The notes: a model not told the origin generated them from the sequence alone. Numbered from the stretch's first letter, positions 9,094 to 19,887 are shown. The stretch: 64,000 bases of DNA from Gemmatimonadales bacterium (GCA_041615815.1 JBFJCP010000022.1:17444-81443), one strand, 5' to 3'. Numbers and translations: made by a program.

Positions 9094-12000
9094 ATGGTAA
9101 TCGTCCGTAAGGTCAAATTCGCACTTCTGGGCAGCCTCTTGTGGGCGGGCCAGGTCGCGGCGCAGGGCCAGACCGGAAGCATCTCCGGCCAGGTCACTGA
9201 CGCGACGACCATGGAAGCCGTGGCCGGTGCCGATGTCTCCGTCGAGGGGACGCGGCGCGGGACGGCCGCACGGCTCGATGGTTCGTTCATGCTCACCGGT
9301 GTGCCGGTGGGAACCCAGCGGGTGACGGCGCGCGTCATCGGGTACGCTCCCATGACGCAAGAGGTCGTCGTCAGGGCCGGGCAGACAACGACGGTCGAGT
9401 TCGCGCTCGTCCGTCAGGCCGTGGTGCTGGATGAGATCGTGGTCACCGGCTACGGCAGCCAGCGCCGCGTGGAGATCACCGGATCAGTTGCCTCGGTGAA
9501 CGCGGATGAGGCCAACGTTGGCGTGGTGACCAACGCCGACCAGCTCATCCAGGGCCGGGTAGCCGGTGTGAACATCACGCAGAACAACGGCGAGCCGGGG
9601 GGCGGAGTGCAAATCCGGATCCGCGGTGGCACCTCCATCAGCGCCAGCAACGAGCCGCTGTACGTGGTGGACGGGGTCGCCCTCTCGGGTCAGGCGACCG
9701 AAGCGTCGGGGGAAGGCATCGGTGGTGAAGCTTCGTTGGCCCGCAACCCACTGAATCTCATCAACCCGAGCGACATCGAGTCCATCACGGTCCTCAAAGA
9801 TGCCGCGGCCGCGGCTATCTACGGTGCCCGGGGCGCAAACGGCGTGGTTCTGATCGAGACGAAACAGGGCCAGCGGGACAGGATGACCTTCGAGTACGAT
9901 GGCTACGTCTCGGTTTCGAACCGGGCGCGGTCGTTGAACCTGCTGTCGGGAGCCCAGTACCGGAGCTTCATTCAGGAACAGGTTACCCTGGGCAATCTGT
10001 CACCAACCTTCCTGGACGGGCTTGGGCCGGTCGACAACGATTGGGAGGCTGCGGTTACCCGCAGCGCCGTAACCCACAACCACAACCTGTCCTTCTCAGG
10101 CGGCACGGCGTCCACGCAGTATCGCGCCTCCCTTGGCTACATGAATCAAGAAGGAGTGGCGATCAGTGACGGCCTCGAGCGCTTTCAGGCGCGGCTCAAC
10201 GGCACGCACTACGCCTGGGACGACCGGCTGCAACTGCGCCTGAATCTCAACGCCTCACATGTCCGCAACGACTACGTCCCGTTCCAAGATGGTGGGGGCT
10301 TCGAAGGAGCGGTGTTCCATAACATGGTCAGCTTCAACCCCACGCAGCCGGTCACGGTCCCTGATCCGGGAACGGGTCAAGACGTGTTCTACGAGCTCGG
10401 AACCGGCCGGCAGTCCGTGCGGAACCCCGTGGCGGTGGCAGAGCAAGTGCAAGACTTCGCCAACACAACCCGAACGCTTGGCAACGTCAGGGCACAGCTG
10501 GATATCGTGCCGGAGATGCTCAGGGGCCAAGTCATTGTGGGCGTGGACCGGAGCGAGAGCACGCGGCGTATCTATTTCCCCGCGAACAGTGCCGTCGGGG
10601 CGGAGTGGAACGGGCGAGCGTTCCAAAAGAGTCGCGAGCTCACGGGGGTGACGTTCCAGGGCCTCATGACCTTTAGCCACCGTTTCGGCGCGTCGCACGA
10701 CGTCGAGGTCGTGGGCGGTTACGAGTGGGCTGAGTTTGACACCGACGAGTTCACGGCGGAGGCCCGCGATTTCCTCACCGACGCATTCAGCTTCGACAAT
10801 CTGGCGGCTGGTGCTAATCTGCAAACTCCAACTTCCTTCAAGACAGAGAAGACCGGCATCGGGCTCTTCTCCAGGGTCACGTACGGCTTCAACGACAAGT
10901 ACTTCTTGACCGGCGTGATCCGGTACGACGGGTCGTCCGTGTTCGGAGCCGAGAACAAGTGGGGGGTGTTCCCCGCTATCTCTGCCTCGTGGCGGATCAG
11001 CGAAGAGGGCTTCATGCAGGACGCGCCGTTTTCGGAGCTGAAAATTCGCGCGGGCTTTGGCGTGCAGGGGAATGAGGCCGTACCTGCGTATGCATCCTTG
11101 CTTACGCTGGCGCCCAGTGACGGAGACAGCTACCCGTTCGGAGAGGAAAAGACGGTCGGTGTGGCGCCGACCCAGAATCCGAACGCGGATCTCAAGTGGG
11201 AGCGAACGTCGCAATGGAACGTGGCCGTCGACTACGGTTTCGCAGACAACAGGATCTCGGGCAGCTTGGAGTACTACGTCAAGAACACGTCCGACCTGCT
11301 GCTGCGGGTCCAGGTCCCACAGCCGGCGGTCCAGGCGGACCGGCTCGAGAACATCGGGAAGGTCCGCAACCAAGGCTTCGAGGCCAGCATCGATGCGTTG
11401 GTGGTCAACAAGTCCAATCTGACCTGGGAGGCCGGACTGGTGTTCGCGGCCGAGAAGAACGAAGTCAGGGACCTGGGTGGCCAGAGCTTCATCACGACCG
11501 CGTTCGTGAGCGGTCGTGGACAGACAGGACAGGTCTCCCAGCGCATCATCCCGGGCTTCGCGTTGGGGACGTTCTATGGGCCCGAGTTCGTGGGGGTCGA
11601 CCCACAGACGGGCCAGCAATTGTTCAACGACTATGAGAACGGCGTCGTCGTGGGGCAGGTGACGGATCCGGACGCCGATGACTTTGTACCCATCGGCGAT
11701 GCCAATCCCGACTTCACTGTGGGGTTGCGTAGCCAGATGACGTGGGGCCGGCTCGACGCGAGCTTCCTCGTTCGCGCCAAGCAGGGCATGGATGTGTTCA
11801 ACAACACCGCGCTCGTCTATGCGACGAAGAGCGCTGCGCTCCAGGGCACGAACTTCCTGGCGTCGGCGTTGACCGACGGGGTCGGGATCGACGAGCCGGC
11901 TATCTTCTCGTCCCGGTGGATCGAGGACGGATCGTTCATTCGCCTCGAGAATATCACGGTCGGGTACACGTTCGATCTGCCGACCGCGCTCGGGGCCGGG

Positions 12001-12171
12001 CGCTCGGCGCGAGTCTACGCATCGGCGGACAACCTGTTCTTGATCACGGGCTACTCCGGCTATGATCCCGAAACGCATACCGACCGCGGCAACATCGGCG
12101 TGCGCGGGGTCGATTATCTTGCATATCCCCGGGGGCGCACGTTCACCACCGGCGTTCGGTTTGCGTTCTGA
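9094..12171 (+). CDS. susC: SusC/RagA-family TonB-dependent outer-membrane receptor
   Basis: Signal peptide, carboxypeptidase-like N-domain, LDEIVVTGYG, plug IRIRGGTSI..NEPLYVVDG..DIESITVLKDAAAAAIYGARGANGVVLI, NADLKWE, C-terminal Phe. GGAGG RBS before ATG 9094. Confidence 0.96.
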   Translation: MVIVRKVKFALLGSLLWAGQVAAQGQTGSISGQVTDATTMEAVAGADVSVEGTRRGTAARLDGSFMLTGVPVGTQRVTARVIGYAPMTQEVVVRAGQTTTVEFALVRQAVVLDEIVVTGYGSQRRVEITGSVASVNADEANVGVVTNADQLIQGRVAGVNITQNNGEPGGGVQIRIRGGTSISASNEPLYVVDGVALSGQATEASGEGIGGEASLARNPLNLINPSDIESITVLKDAAAAAIYGARGANGVVLIETKQGQRDRMTFEYDGYVSVSNRARSLNLLSGAQYRSFIQEQVTLGNLSPTFLDGLGPVDNDWEAAVTRSAVTHNHNLSFSGGTASTQYRASLGYMNQEGVAISDGLERFQARLNGTHYAWDDRLQLRLNLNASHVRNDYVPFQDGGGFEGAVFHNMVSFNPTQPVTVPDPGTGQDVFYELGTGRQSVRNPVAVAEQVQDFANTTRTLGNVRAQLDIVPEMLRGQVIVGVDRSESTRRIYFPANSAVGAEWNGRAFQKSRELTGVTFQGLMTFSHRFGASHDVEVVGGYEWAEFDTDEFTAEARDFLTDAFSFDNLAAGANLQTPTSFKTEKTGIGLFSRVTYGFNDKYFLTGVIRYDGSSVFGAENKWGVFPAISASWRISEEGFMQDAPFSELKIRAGFGVQGNEAVPAYASLLTLAPSDGDSYPFGEEKTVGVAPTQNPNADLKWERTSQWNVAVDYGFADNRISGSLEYYVKNTSDLLLRVQVPQPAVQADRLENIGKVRNQGFEASIDALVVNKSNLTWEAGLVFAAEKNEVRDLGGQSFITTAFVSGRGQTGQVSQRIIPGFALGTFYGPEFVGVDPQTGQQLFNDYENGVVVGQVTDPDADDFVPIGDANPDFTVGLRSQMTWGRLDASFLVRAKQGMDVFNNTALVYATKSAALQGTNFLASALTDGVGIDEPAIFSSRWIEDGSFIRLENITVGYTFDLPTALGAGRSARVYASADNLFLITGYSGYDPETHTDRGNIGVRGVDYLAYPRGRTFTTGVRFAF

Positions 12172-12229
12172 TGCGGTGTGACGGCGGGATGGGTCGAGCC
12201 TTCAGCAACCACGTAACGGTTGAGATCTC

Positions 12230-13798
12230 ATGATTAGACGTCATTTCCAGTACTCGGTCAAAGGACTGCTCACGCGGCTGATACTAGTCCCGGCCTTGGC
12301 GTTCGGACTCGTCACAGGCTGTACGAATCTGGACGAGCAACCGACGAGCGTCATCACGCCGGAGAACTTCAACCAGACCGAGGCAGAAATCCTTGGCAGT
12401 CTGGCGTCGGTCTACTCGGTGTTGCGCAGCACGCAGTGGAGTTACTACAACCTGAGCCAGGTGACATCGGACGAAATGATCGTCCCCACCCGCGGGAGCG
12501 ACTGGTTCGATAACGGTCGGTGGCTCGAGATCCACCGGCATACCTGGAATGCCAACAGCCCCTCCGGGCTCGATGACATCAACGGAATGTGGGTCGATGC
12601 CTTCCGAGGCGTCACCCGGGCCAATGTGCTGCTCGAGGCACTGCAGGCTGTCACCGTGGCGGATCAAGCGGCCATCGAAGCCGAGGTCCGCACACTCCGC
12701 GCCTTCTATTACTACATGTTGTTGGACATGTTCGGTGGCGTGCCGCTCGTAACGACGACGGAGATTGGGGCGCGGCCACGCGTCAGCCGCTCCGAAGTCT
12801 TCAGCTTCGTTGAAAGCGAGTTGACCGCGGCTCGCGGAGCGCTGCCCGCCAGTTGGCCGGCGAGCGAACACGGCCGGATCACTCAAGGGGCCGCGGATGC
12901 CATTCTGGCGAGCATGTATCTGAACGCCGGAGTGTTCACGACGGAGGCGCCGAATGCGAACGCGTACAACTCGTGCATGGGTGTCTCGGTGGGGGGCGGA
13001 ACTGCCTGCGACGCCGCCATTGCGGCGGCGGATCGGATCCTGAACTCCGGTCAGTATACCTTGGCCACGGACTGGCGCTCGAACTTCGAGGCCGGCAACT
13101 TTGCCTCGACAGAGAACATCTTCGTCATCAAGAATACGAACCAGACCGGTTTGGGTCTCAACTTGGTGATGCGGGCGCTACACTACAACCAGTTCAACCC
13201 CAGCCCGTGGAACGGCTTCGCGGCCCTGGCGGAGACGTACAACGCCTTCGATGCCGATGACCAACGTCGGGAAATCTTCCTCGAAGGACCGCAGGTGAAT
13301 GTGGAGACCGGCCAGCCAGTCAATGACCGGCAGGGTAATCCATTGGTGTTCACGGTGGACATCATCGATGAGACCCAGGCCGGGGAAGGCGAGGGGACGC
13401 GGGTCCTGAAGTTCTCGCCGGACCCGAACCACGTTGCCGAAAACAACGCGAACGACTTCACGCTCTTCCGCCTAGCCGAGATCATGCTGATCAAGGCCGA
13501 GGCGCTGAACGAGCTGAGCCCGGGCAGCGGCGAAGCGCTTGCCCTGTTGAATACGCTTCGCGAGCGGGTCTTCGAGCCGGACGAGCCGCTGGCGGCCATC
13601 GACCGCGACGTGATTCTGCAGGAGCGGTTGTTTGAGCTCACGTCCGAGGTCAAGCGGCGATTGGATCTGATCCGACATGGCCGGTTCACCGATGCGTGGT
13701 CGTTCAAGCAGGCGGGAGCGCCCCACCTCGTCCTGATGCCGATTCCGCAACTGCAGCTGGACGCCAACCCGGAGCTCACGCAGAATCCCGGGTACTGA
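12230..13798 (+). CDS. susD: RagB/SusD-family nutrient-binding lipoprotein
   Basis: Lipobox LVTGC, LRAFYYYMLLDMFGGVP, FRLAEIMLIKAEAL, ERLFEL...RRLDLIRHG, terminal LTQNPGY; directly after susC. Confidence 0.95.
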   Translation: MIRRHFQYSVKGLLTRLILVPALAFGLVTGCTNLDEQPTSVITPENFNQTEAEILGSLASVYSVLRSTQWSYYNLSQVTSDEMIVPTRGSDWFDNGRWLEIHRHTWNANSPSGLDDINGMWVDAFRGVTRANVLLEALQAVTVADQAAIEAEVRTLRAFYYYMLLDMFGGVPLVTTTEIGARPRVSRSEVFSFVESELTAARGALPASWPASEHGRITQGAADAILASMYLNAGVFTTEAPNANAYNSCMGVSVGGGTACDAAIAAADRILNSGQYTLATDWRSNFEAGNFASTENIFVIKNTNQTGLGLNLVMRALHYNQFNPSPWNGFAALAETYNAFDADDQRREIFLEGPQVNVETGQPVNDRQGNPLVFTVDIIDETQAGEGEGTRVLKFSPDPNHVAENNANDFTLFRLAEIMLIKAEALNELSPGSGEALALLNTLRERVFEPDEPLAAIDRDVILQERLFELTSEVKRRLDLIRHGRFTDAWSFKQAGAPHLVLMPIPQLQLDANPELTQNPGY

Positions 13799-13826
13799 TT
13801 GGGGAAAGTCTCTGTCGTAAGTGTCT

Positions 13827-13868
13827 ACGCCATAGCCTGCTCTCGTCATCGAGGGCAGGCTGTGGCGT
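13827..13868 (+). terminator. Strong 19-bp stem-loop downstream of susD (mRNA stabiliser/attenuator candidate)
   Basis: acgccatagcctgctctcg-tcat-cgagggcaggctgtggcgt: 19 bp including 2 G-U pairs that form only on the + strand RNA. No U-tract. Confidence 0.65.
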
Positions 13869-13921
13869 TGTAGGCCGCGTCCCCTGCGTCATACCCTGCC
13901 CACCCACTCCGACCCAACGAC

Positions 13922-16900
13922 ATGAACCGGGTATCAGGCCGCGGGCTCCTGCTTGCAGCGTCGTGCGTCCTGACGAGCTGCTCAGCGGACCGGTCTGCTC
14001 CGGAAACGCGACTGGCTGAGCCGCCCGAGGCGAGTGACCAGCTCTTCAGCAGGCTTCCCGCCGACTACACCGGTATACGCTTCCAGAACCACCTGAGCGA
14101 TACGCGTGACGTCAATGTGTTCACCTATCGCAACTACTACAACGGCGGTGGGGTGGCCCTGGGAGACCTCACCGGCGACGGACTGCCAGAGCTGCTGCTC
14201 ACCGCCAATCTGGGCGCAAATCGGCTGTATTTGAACGAGGGCGAGTTCCGATTTCGGGATGTGACGGATGAGGCCGGGATAGCGAAGAAGGGGCTCTGGG
14301 CCACGGGAGTCACCTTCGCCGACGTGAACGGGGACGGACTCCTCGACATCTACGTCTGTTACGCGGGAGACGTGGCTGGGGAGCGCCGCGCCAACGAGCT
14401 CTACATCCATCAAGGGGTTGGGGCAGATGGGGTGCCCACGTTCCAGGAGATGGCGGCCGCGTACGGGATCGCAGACGAGGGCTATGCGACGCATGCGGCG
14501 TTTTTCGACTATGATCGCGACGGATACTTGGATCTGTATCTGGTCAACAACTCTCCGCGGCCGGTGAGCAGCTTCGGATTGCGCAACATCCGCCACGAGC
14601 GCCATCCATTCGGCGGAGACAGACTCTATCGCAATGAAGGAGAACGCTTTCGAGACGTCAGCGAGCAGGCCGGGATCTTCGGGAGCGAGGTCGCGTTCGG
14701 CCTGGGCGTGGCGGTGGGGGACGTGAACCACGATGGCTGGCCGGACATCTACGTCTCGAACGACTTCTTCGAGCGGGACTATCTGTATATCAATCGGGGA
14801 GACGGAACCTTTGGCGAGCAGCTCGACCGGCAGATGCCTTCTATCAGCTTTTCCTCGATGGGGTTGGACATTGCCGATGTCAACAACGATGGATGGCTGG
14901 ATATCTACGTGACCGATATGCTCCCGGAGGATGATTACCGACTCAAGACAACGTCGACGTTCGAAGAGTGGGCCGGTTACCAGACCAAGTTGAAGAACGA
15001 CTATCACCACCAGTTCATGCGCAATATGCTCCACCTGAACAATGGCAACGGAACGTTCAGCGACATCGGGCAGATGGCCGGCGTCGCGCGCACGGACTGG
15101 AGCTGGAGCGCTCTGATCGCAGATCTCGATCTCGATGGCTACAAAGACATCCATGTCACGAACGGCATCCTACGGGACGTCACGTCGCAGGACTACGTCG
15201 CTTTTTTGGCAAACGAGGAGACAATGCGGGCCGCCGCTACGAGCGACGAGGTCGACTTCCTGGGCCTCATCGAATCGATGAGCTCCACCGCGCTCCCCAA
15301 CTACGCATTCCGCAACGAGGGGGATCTGACCTTCACGAATGCCGGAGCCGCATGGGGCCTCAACACGCCCGGCTTTTCCAATGGTGCGTCCTACGGGGAC
15401 CTGGATGGTGACGGCGCGCTCGACCTGGTCGTGAACAACGTCAATCAGGAGGCCTCGGTCTATCGGAACAACGCCCGGGCCTTTTTGGACAACCGCTATC
15501 TCCAGGTCCGGCTGGAAGGGGAAGGGCCCAACCGCTTCGCCATCGGGGCGACGGTGACGCTTCGAAGCGGCGAACGGTTGTTGTTCCAGGAGCTGATGCC
15601 GTCGCGCGGGTTTCAATCCAGCGTGGATTACGTCCTGACCTTCGGCGTCGGTCGGGTGGACACCGTCGAGTCCGTGACGGTCGAATGGCCGGATGGGCGA
15701 GTGAGTACCATGACGGACGTCGCGACGAACCAGCGTCTCACCATACGGCAGAAGGAGTCGGCCGGGGCGGAGCCCATCACCCCCAGCCGTGCCCGCCCAT
15801 GGTTCGTCGACGTCACGGACAGCGTTGTGCTGGGATTTGTGCACCGGGAGAACACGTTTGTCGATTTCGACCGCGAACGCCTGATGCCGAAGATGCTGTC
15901 GATGGAGGGGCCGTTCCTGGCCGTGGCGGATGTGAACGGGGACGGATTGGACGATGCGTTCATAGGCGGCGCCAAGGATCAAGCTGGTCAACTTCTCATC
16001 CAGCAGCGTAGCGGCGGGTTTGTCAGGAGCAACGAGGGGTTGTTCGAACGAGACCGCGTGTCGGAAGACCTTGGCGCCGTGTTCTTCGACGCGAACGGAG
16101 ACGGTCGCCGGGACCTGTATGTGGTCAGTGGCGGTAGCGAGTTCTCAGACGTGGCGCCCGCTCTCCAGGATCGGCTGTACCTCAATGATGGTCGGGGTGT
16201 CTTCCGGAAGACGAGCGGCCATCTACCGTCCATGAACATCAGCGGTTCGCGCGCAGCACCGGCCGACTTCGATGGCGATGGTGATATCGATCTCTTTGTG
16301 GGCGGGCGCGTCGTTCCCTGGCGCTACGGCATCGACCCTCGGAGCGTACTGCTGGAGAACGATGGCCGGGGACGCTTCCGCGATGTGACGCGGGATGTGG
16401 CGCCTGAGCTGCCGCACATCGGCATGGTCACGGATGCCTTATGGCATGACGTCGACGACGACGACCGGGAGGATCTAATCCTCGTCGGCGAGTGGATGCC
16501 GATCACGATCTTTCGGAATACGGGGTCCGGGAAGCTCGAGCGTGTATCCCCACCTGGGCTCGAGCGGAGCCACGGCTGGTGGAACCGAATCGTGGCGGGC
16601 GACTTCACGGGTGATGGCCGCACGGACTTCGTCGTAGGGAACCTGGGCCTCAACACGCGCCTCAGAGCTTCCGAGACGCAGCCGGTCACGATGTACGTCA
16701 AGGACTTCGATCGGAACGGGTTTGTCGAGCAGATTCTGTCATCCTACAGCGACGGGGTGAGTTACCCCCACGTACTGCGGGATGAATTGCTCAGAGCCCT
16801 ACCGGGTCTCCGGGAGCGCTATCCAACATTCGAAGCGTATGCCAAGCAGACCGTGACGGACATCTTCACACCCGCGGAACTGGACGATGCCGTGCTGAAG

Positions 16901-17305
16901 CGGGCGTATACCCTTGCCACGACCCTCGTGCGCAACAACGGCGACGGGTCCTTCACGCTTCAGCCGCTGCCCACCGAAGCCCAATTGGCCCCCGTCTACG
17001 GCATTTTGGCCGACGACCTCGATGGAGACGGCACGCCCGACCTGCTCGTGGCGGGCAATTTCGATGCAGTCAAGCCAGAGATCGGCCGGATGAGCGCCAG
17101 CTATGGTCTCTTCTTGCGGGGAGATGGAAGGGGTGGTTTTACGCCGGTGCGGACAGCGGAGAGCGGGTTCTTCGTGCCTGGACAGGCACGGGACGTCCAG
17201 CGCATCGGCACGGAGCGAGGGAGCTTGTACGTGGTGAGCCGCAACAACGACCGACCGCTCGTTTTCCGGGTCGCCGGGAGCGTGTCAGCGCGTGGCGGTC
17301 ACTGA
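13922..17305 (+). CDS. VCBS/FG-GAP repeat + ASPIC/UnbV domain lipoprotein (CRTAC1-like), 1127 aa
   Basis: Lipobox LTSC, NYYNGGGVALGD, many DxxxDGxxD repeats, central NRFAIGATV...SRGFQSSV..LTFGVG..VEWPDG (ASPIC/UnbV), then a second repeat block. Confidence 0.92.
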   Translation: MNRVSGRGLLLAASCVLTSCSADRSAPETRLAEPPEASDQLFSRLPADYTGIRFQNHLSDTRDVNVFTYRNYYNGGGVALGDLTGDGLPELLLTANLGANRLYLNEGEFRFRDVTDEAGIAKKGLWATGVTFADVNGDGLLDIYVCYAGDVAGERRANELYIHQGVGADGVPTFQEMAAAYGIADEGYATHAAFFDYDRDGYLDLYLVNNSPRPVSSFGLRNIRHERHPFGGDRLYRNEGERFRDVSEQAGIFGSEVAFGLGVAVGDVNHDGWPDIYVSNDFFERDYLYINRGDGTFGEQLDRQMPSISFSSMGLDIADVNNDGWLDIYVTDMLPEDDYRLKTTSTFEEWAGYQTKLKNDYHHQFMRNMLHLNNGNGTFSDIGQMAGVARTDWSWSALIADLDLDGYKDIHVTNGILRDVTSQDYVAFLANEETMRAAATSDEVDFLGLIESMSSTALPNYAFRNEGDLTFTNAGAAWGLNTPGFSNGASYGDLDGDGALDLVVNNVNQEASVYRNNARAFLDNRYLQVRLEGEGPNRFAIGATVTLRSGERLLFQELMPSRGFQSSVDYVLTFGVGRVDTVESVTVEWPDGRVSTMTDVATNQRLTIRQKESAGAEPITPSRARPWFVDVTDSVVLGFVHRENTFVDFDRERLMPKMLSMEGPFLAVADVNGDGLDDAFIGGAKDQAGQLLIQQRSGGFVRSNEGLFERDRVSEDLGAVFFDANGDGRRDLYVVSGGSEFSDVAPALQDRLYLNDGRGVFRKTSGHLPSMNISGSRAAPADFDGDGDIDLFVGGRVVPWRYGIDPRSVLLENDGRGRFRDVTRDVAPELPHIGMVTDALWHDVDDDDREDLILVGEWMPITIFRNTGSGKLERVSPPGLERSHGWWNRIVAGDFTGDGRTDFVVGNLGLNTRLRASETQPVTMYVKDFDRNGFVEQILSSYSDGVSYPHVLRDELLRALPGLRERYPTFEAYAKQTVTDIFTPAELDDAVLKRAYTLATTLVRNNGDGSFTLQPLPTEAQLAPVYGILADDLDGDGTPDLLVAGNFDAVKPEIGRMSASYGLFLRGDGRGGFTPVRTAESGFFVPGQARDVQRIGTERGSLYVVSRNNDRPLVFRVAGSVSARGGH

Positions 17306-17766
17306 TCCAGCTGTTTCGGCCGTTCCGGCTGCTTCGTCTTGATGACGATGACGCCGTTGGCGCCCCGCATACCGTACATGGTCGTGCTGGCGGCGTCCTT
17401 CAGCACTTCGATGGATTCGATGTCGTATGGGTTGATCCCGAATAGGGCCCCCCCTGGTCCCGGTTGGATGGGAACACCATCGATCACGTACAGGGGCTCG
17501 TTACTGCCGAGGATCGACGTTCGGCCACGGATGCGTACGGCGATGCCACCGTTGGGAGAGCGGGTAACAACCACCCCGGGGAATCGGTTCGCGAGCAAGC
17601 GTTCGATGGGCTCGCTGGGGTTTTGCTCGATGTCTTCCGCTGTTAGCGTTCGCTCGCCCGGTTGGTTCGGCTCCGGGGCTTCCTGGACGTCCCCCTCGCC
17701 CGTGCTGGCGGCTTGGGCACAGCCAGCCAAGAGCAAGGTGAAGACCAGGGGATGCAATGAAGCCAT
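17299..17766 (-). CDS. Stand-alone TonB-dependent receptor plug-domain lipoprotein (no beta-barrel)
   Basis: Lipobox LAGC; VRIRGRTSILGSNEPLYVIDGVP...INPYDIESIEVLKDAASTTMYGMRGANGVIVIKTK; stop right after the plug. Confidence 0.88.
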   Translation of the reverse strand: MASLHPLVFTLLLAGCAQAASTGEGDVQEAPEPNQPGERTLTAEDIEQNPSEPIERLLANRFPGVVVTRSPNGGIAVRIRGRTSILGSNEPLYVIDGVPIQPGPGGALFGINPYDIESIEVLKDAASTTMYGMRGANGVIVIKTKQPERPKQLDQ

Positions 17767-17850
17767 AGGCTAATATACCCTTTTTGCTCGTGCCGGTGTT
17801 CCACCTGCGGCACGGGCTTTCGACCGTCCATCCGTAAATGGAGACATTGC

Positions 17851-19887
17851 ATGTGGATACGCTGCACGGCCCGTCATGTGTTCGCCGTCATCTGCGGGAT
17901 GCTGATGGCGACCCCCGCGTCTGCCCTCGCGCAATTCGGTGTCGCATCGCCCGATGGTCGGAATCATGTCAGGGTTGAGATCCGTGACGGAAGGCTCCAT
18001 TACAGCGTGCAACGTGACGGGCGGGCGGTGCTTCTTCCGTCGCAGCTCGGATTCGAGTTCCGAGCAGCGCAGCCGCTGCGAGATGACCTCCAGGTGGTGG
18101 ACAGCGCTCGTCAGACGGTCGATCAGACATGGACAACGGTTTGGGGCGAGGTCGCCCGCGTGCGAGATCACCATCATGAGCTGAGCCTCACCGTGGTCGA
18201 GACGTCGCCAGCCGGGCGTCGATTCACCGTGGTGTTTCGTGCGTTCGACGACGGCATAGGCTTTCGCTACGAGTTTCCGGAGCAGCCCGGGCTCGGAGCG
18301 TTCGAAATCACCGAGGAGCTGACCGAGTTTGCCTTGGCGGACGATGCGAGGGCCTGGTGGATCCCGGCCAATCGGTGGAATCGCTACGAGTTTCTGTATT
18401 CCGCATCGCCGGTGAGCCGGATCGACACCGTGCACACCCCGCTCACGCTGGAAGCCCGTGACGGCACACACCTTGTCATTCACGAGGCCAACCTCGCCGA
18501 CTACGCGGCCATGAACCTGGCCCGGACCGGAGACCGGAAGCTCCGAGCCTCGTTGGCCCCCTGGGCCGACGGCGTGAAGGTCCGGGGCCGCGCGCCCTTC
18601 GTGACGCCCTGGCGCACGATCCAGCTAGCGAACCGCGCGGCGGATTTGGCGCCTTCGGTACTGGGACTGAATCTGAATCCGCCCAATGTTCTGGAAAACA
18701 CGGACTGGATCCGGCCCATGAAGTACATCGGGATTTGGTGGGGCATGCACATCGGCACGATGACATGGAGCTCCGGGCCGAAACACGGCGCGACGACCGC
18801 GAATACGGAGGAGTACATGGATTTCGCGGCCGCGAACGGGTTCGGCGGCGTTCTGGTGGAAGGATGGAACCGCGGATGGGACGGTGACTGGATCGCGAAC
18901 GGAGACCTGTTTTCGTTTACTGAGGCGTATCCCGATTTCGACTTGCAGGCGGTCACCGATTATGCACGGGAGCGGGGTGTCACGCTGATGGGCCACAACG
19001 AGACGTCCATGGGCATCGAGAACTACGAGCGCCAGTTGGAGGACGCGTTCGCCCTCTACGAGTCGCTCGGTATGACCGCGGTAAAAACGGGGTACGTGGG
19101 TGACCTGACCCGGGACGGTCACGCGCACCACGGGCAGTACATGGTGCGGCACTGGCGCAAGGTGATCGAAACGGCGGCGCGGCACGGGATCATGGTCAAT
19201 GCCCACGAGCCGATCAAGGACACCGGGGAACGCCGGACCTATCCGAACATGATGACAAGGGAAGGGGCGCGGGGTCAGGAGTACAACGCCTGGGCCGGCG
19301 ACGGCGGCAATCCGCCGGAGCACGAGGCCATCCTCTTCTTCACGCGTCAGTTGGCCGGCCCCATGGATTTCACGCCGGGTGTGTTCGACATTCTGATCGA
19401 GAGCAGCAACGGAACGCCTCGACGCCCCGAGGAATCGCGGATCCGCACGACGCTCGCCAAGCAGCTTGCGCTCTACGTGGTGCTTTACTCACCCCTCCAG
19501 ATGGCGGCGGACCTGCCCCAAAACTACGTGAACCAACCTGCGTTCCAGTTCATCCGGGACGTTGCCGTGGACTGGGAGGACACGCGGGTGCTCGATGGCA
19601 AGATCGGCGACTACGTGGTGGTCGCGCGCCAGGAACGTCGTGGCGAGACGTGGTATGTAGGCGCCATCACCGACGAGGAAGCTCGCACGCTGGATATTTC
19701 GCTTTCCTTCCTCGTCCCCGGACGGCGATACGTCGCCGAGATCTACGCAGACGGCCCTGGAGCCCATTGGCTGCACAACCCGCTGTCCATCGATATTTCA
19801 GAGCGTCCCATCGATGCGGGCTCGCGACTCACCCTCTCGTTGGCCGCTGGCGGAGGACAAGCGATACGGATTCGGCCGGCCAGATAA
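17851..19887 (+). CDS. Glycoside hydrolase family 97 (SusB-like alpha-glucosidase)
   Basis: Signal peptide, FRAFDDGIGFRY, TPWRTIQ, KYIGIWWGMH, VLVEGWN, GHNET, NAHEP, REGARGQEY, GPMDFTPG, LYSPLQMAAD. Confidence 0.95.
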   Translation: MWIRCTARHVFAVICGMLMATPASALAQFGVASPDGRNHVRVEIRDGRLHYSVQRDGRAVLLPSQLGFEFRAAQPLRDDLQVVDSARQTVDQTWTTVWGEVARVRDHHHELSLTVVETSPAGRRFTVVFRAFDDGIGFRYEFPEQPGLGAFEITEELTEFALADDARAWWIPANRWNRYEFLYSASPVSRIDTVHTPLTLEARDGTHLVIHEANLADYAAMNLARTGDRKLRASLAPWADGVKVRGRAPFVTPWRTIQLANRAADLAPSVLGLNLNPPNVLENTDWIRPMKYIGIWWGMHIGTMTWSSGPKHGATTANTEEYMDFAAANGFGGVLVEGWNRGWDGDWIANGDLFSFTEAYPDFDLQAVTDYARERGVTLMGHNETSMGIENYERQLEDAFALYESLGMTAVKTGYVGDLTRDGHAHHGQYMVRHWRKVIETAARHGIMVNAHEPIKDTGERRTYPNMMTREGARGQEYNAWAGDGGNPPEHEAILFFTRQLAGPMDFTPGVFDILIESSNGTPRRPEESRIRTTLAKQLALYVVLYSPLQMAADLPQNYVNQPAFQFIRDVAVDWEDTRVLDGKIGDYVVVARQERRGETWYVGAITDEEARTLDISLSFLVPGRRYVAEIYADGPGAHWLHNPLSIDISERPIDAGSRLTLSLAAGGGQAIRIRPAR

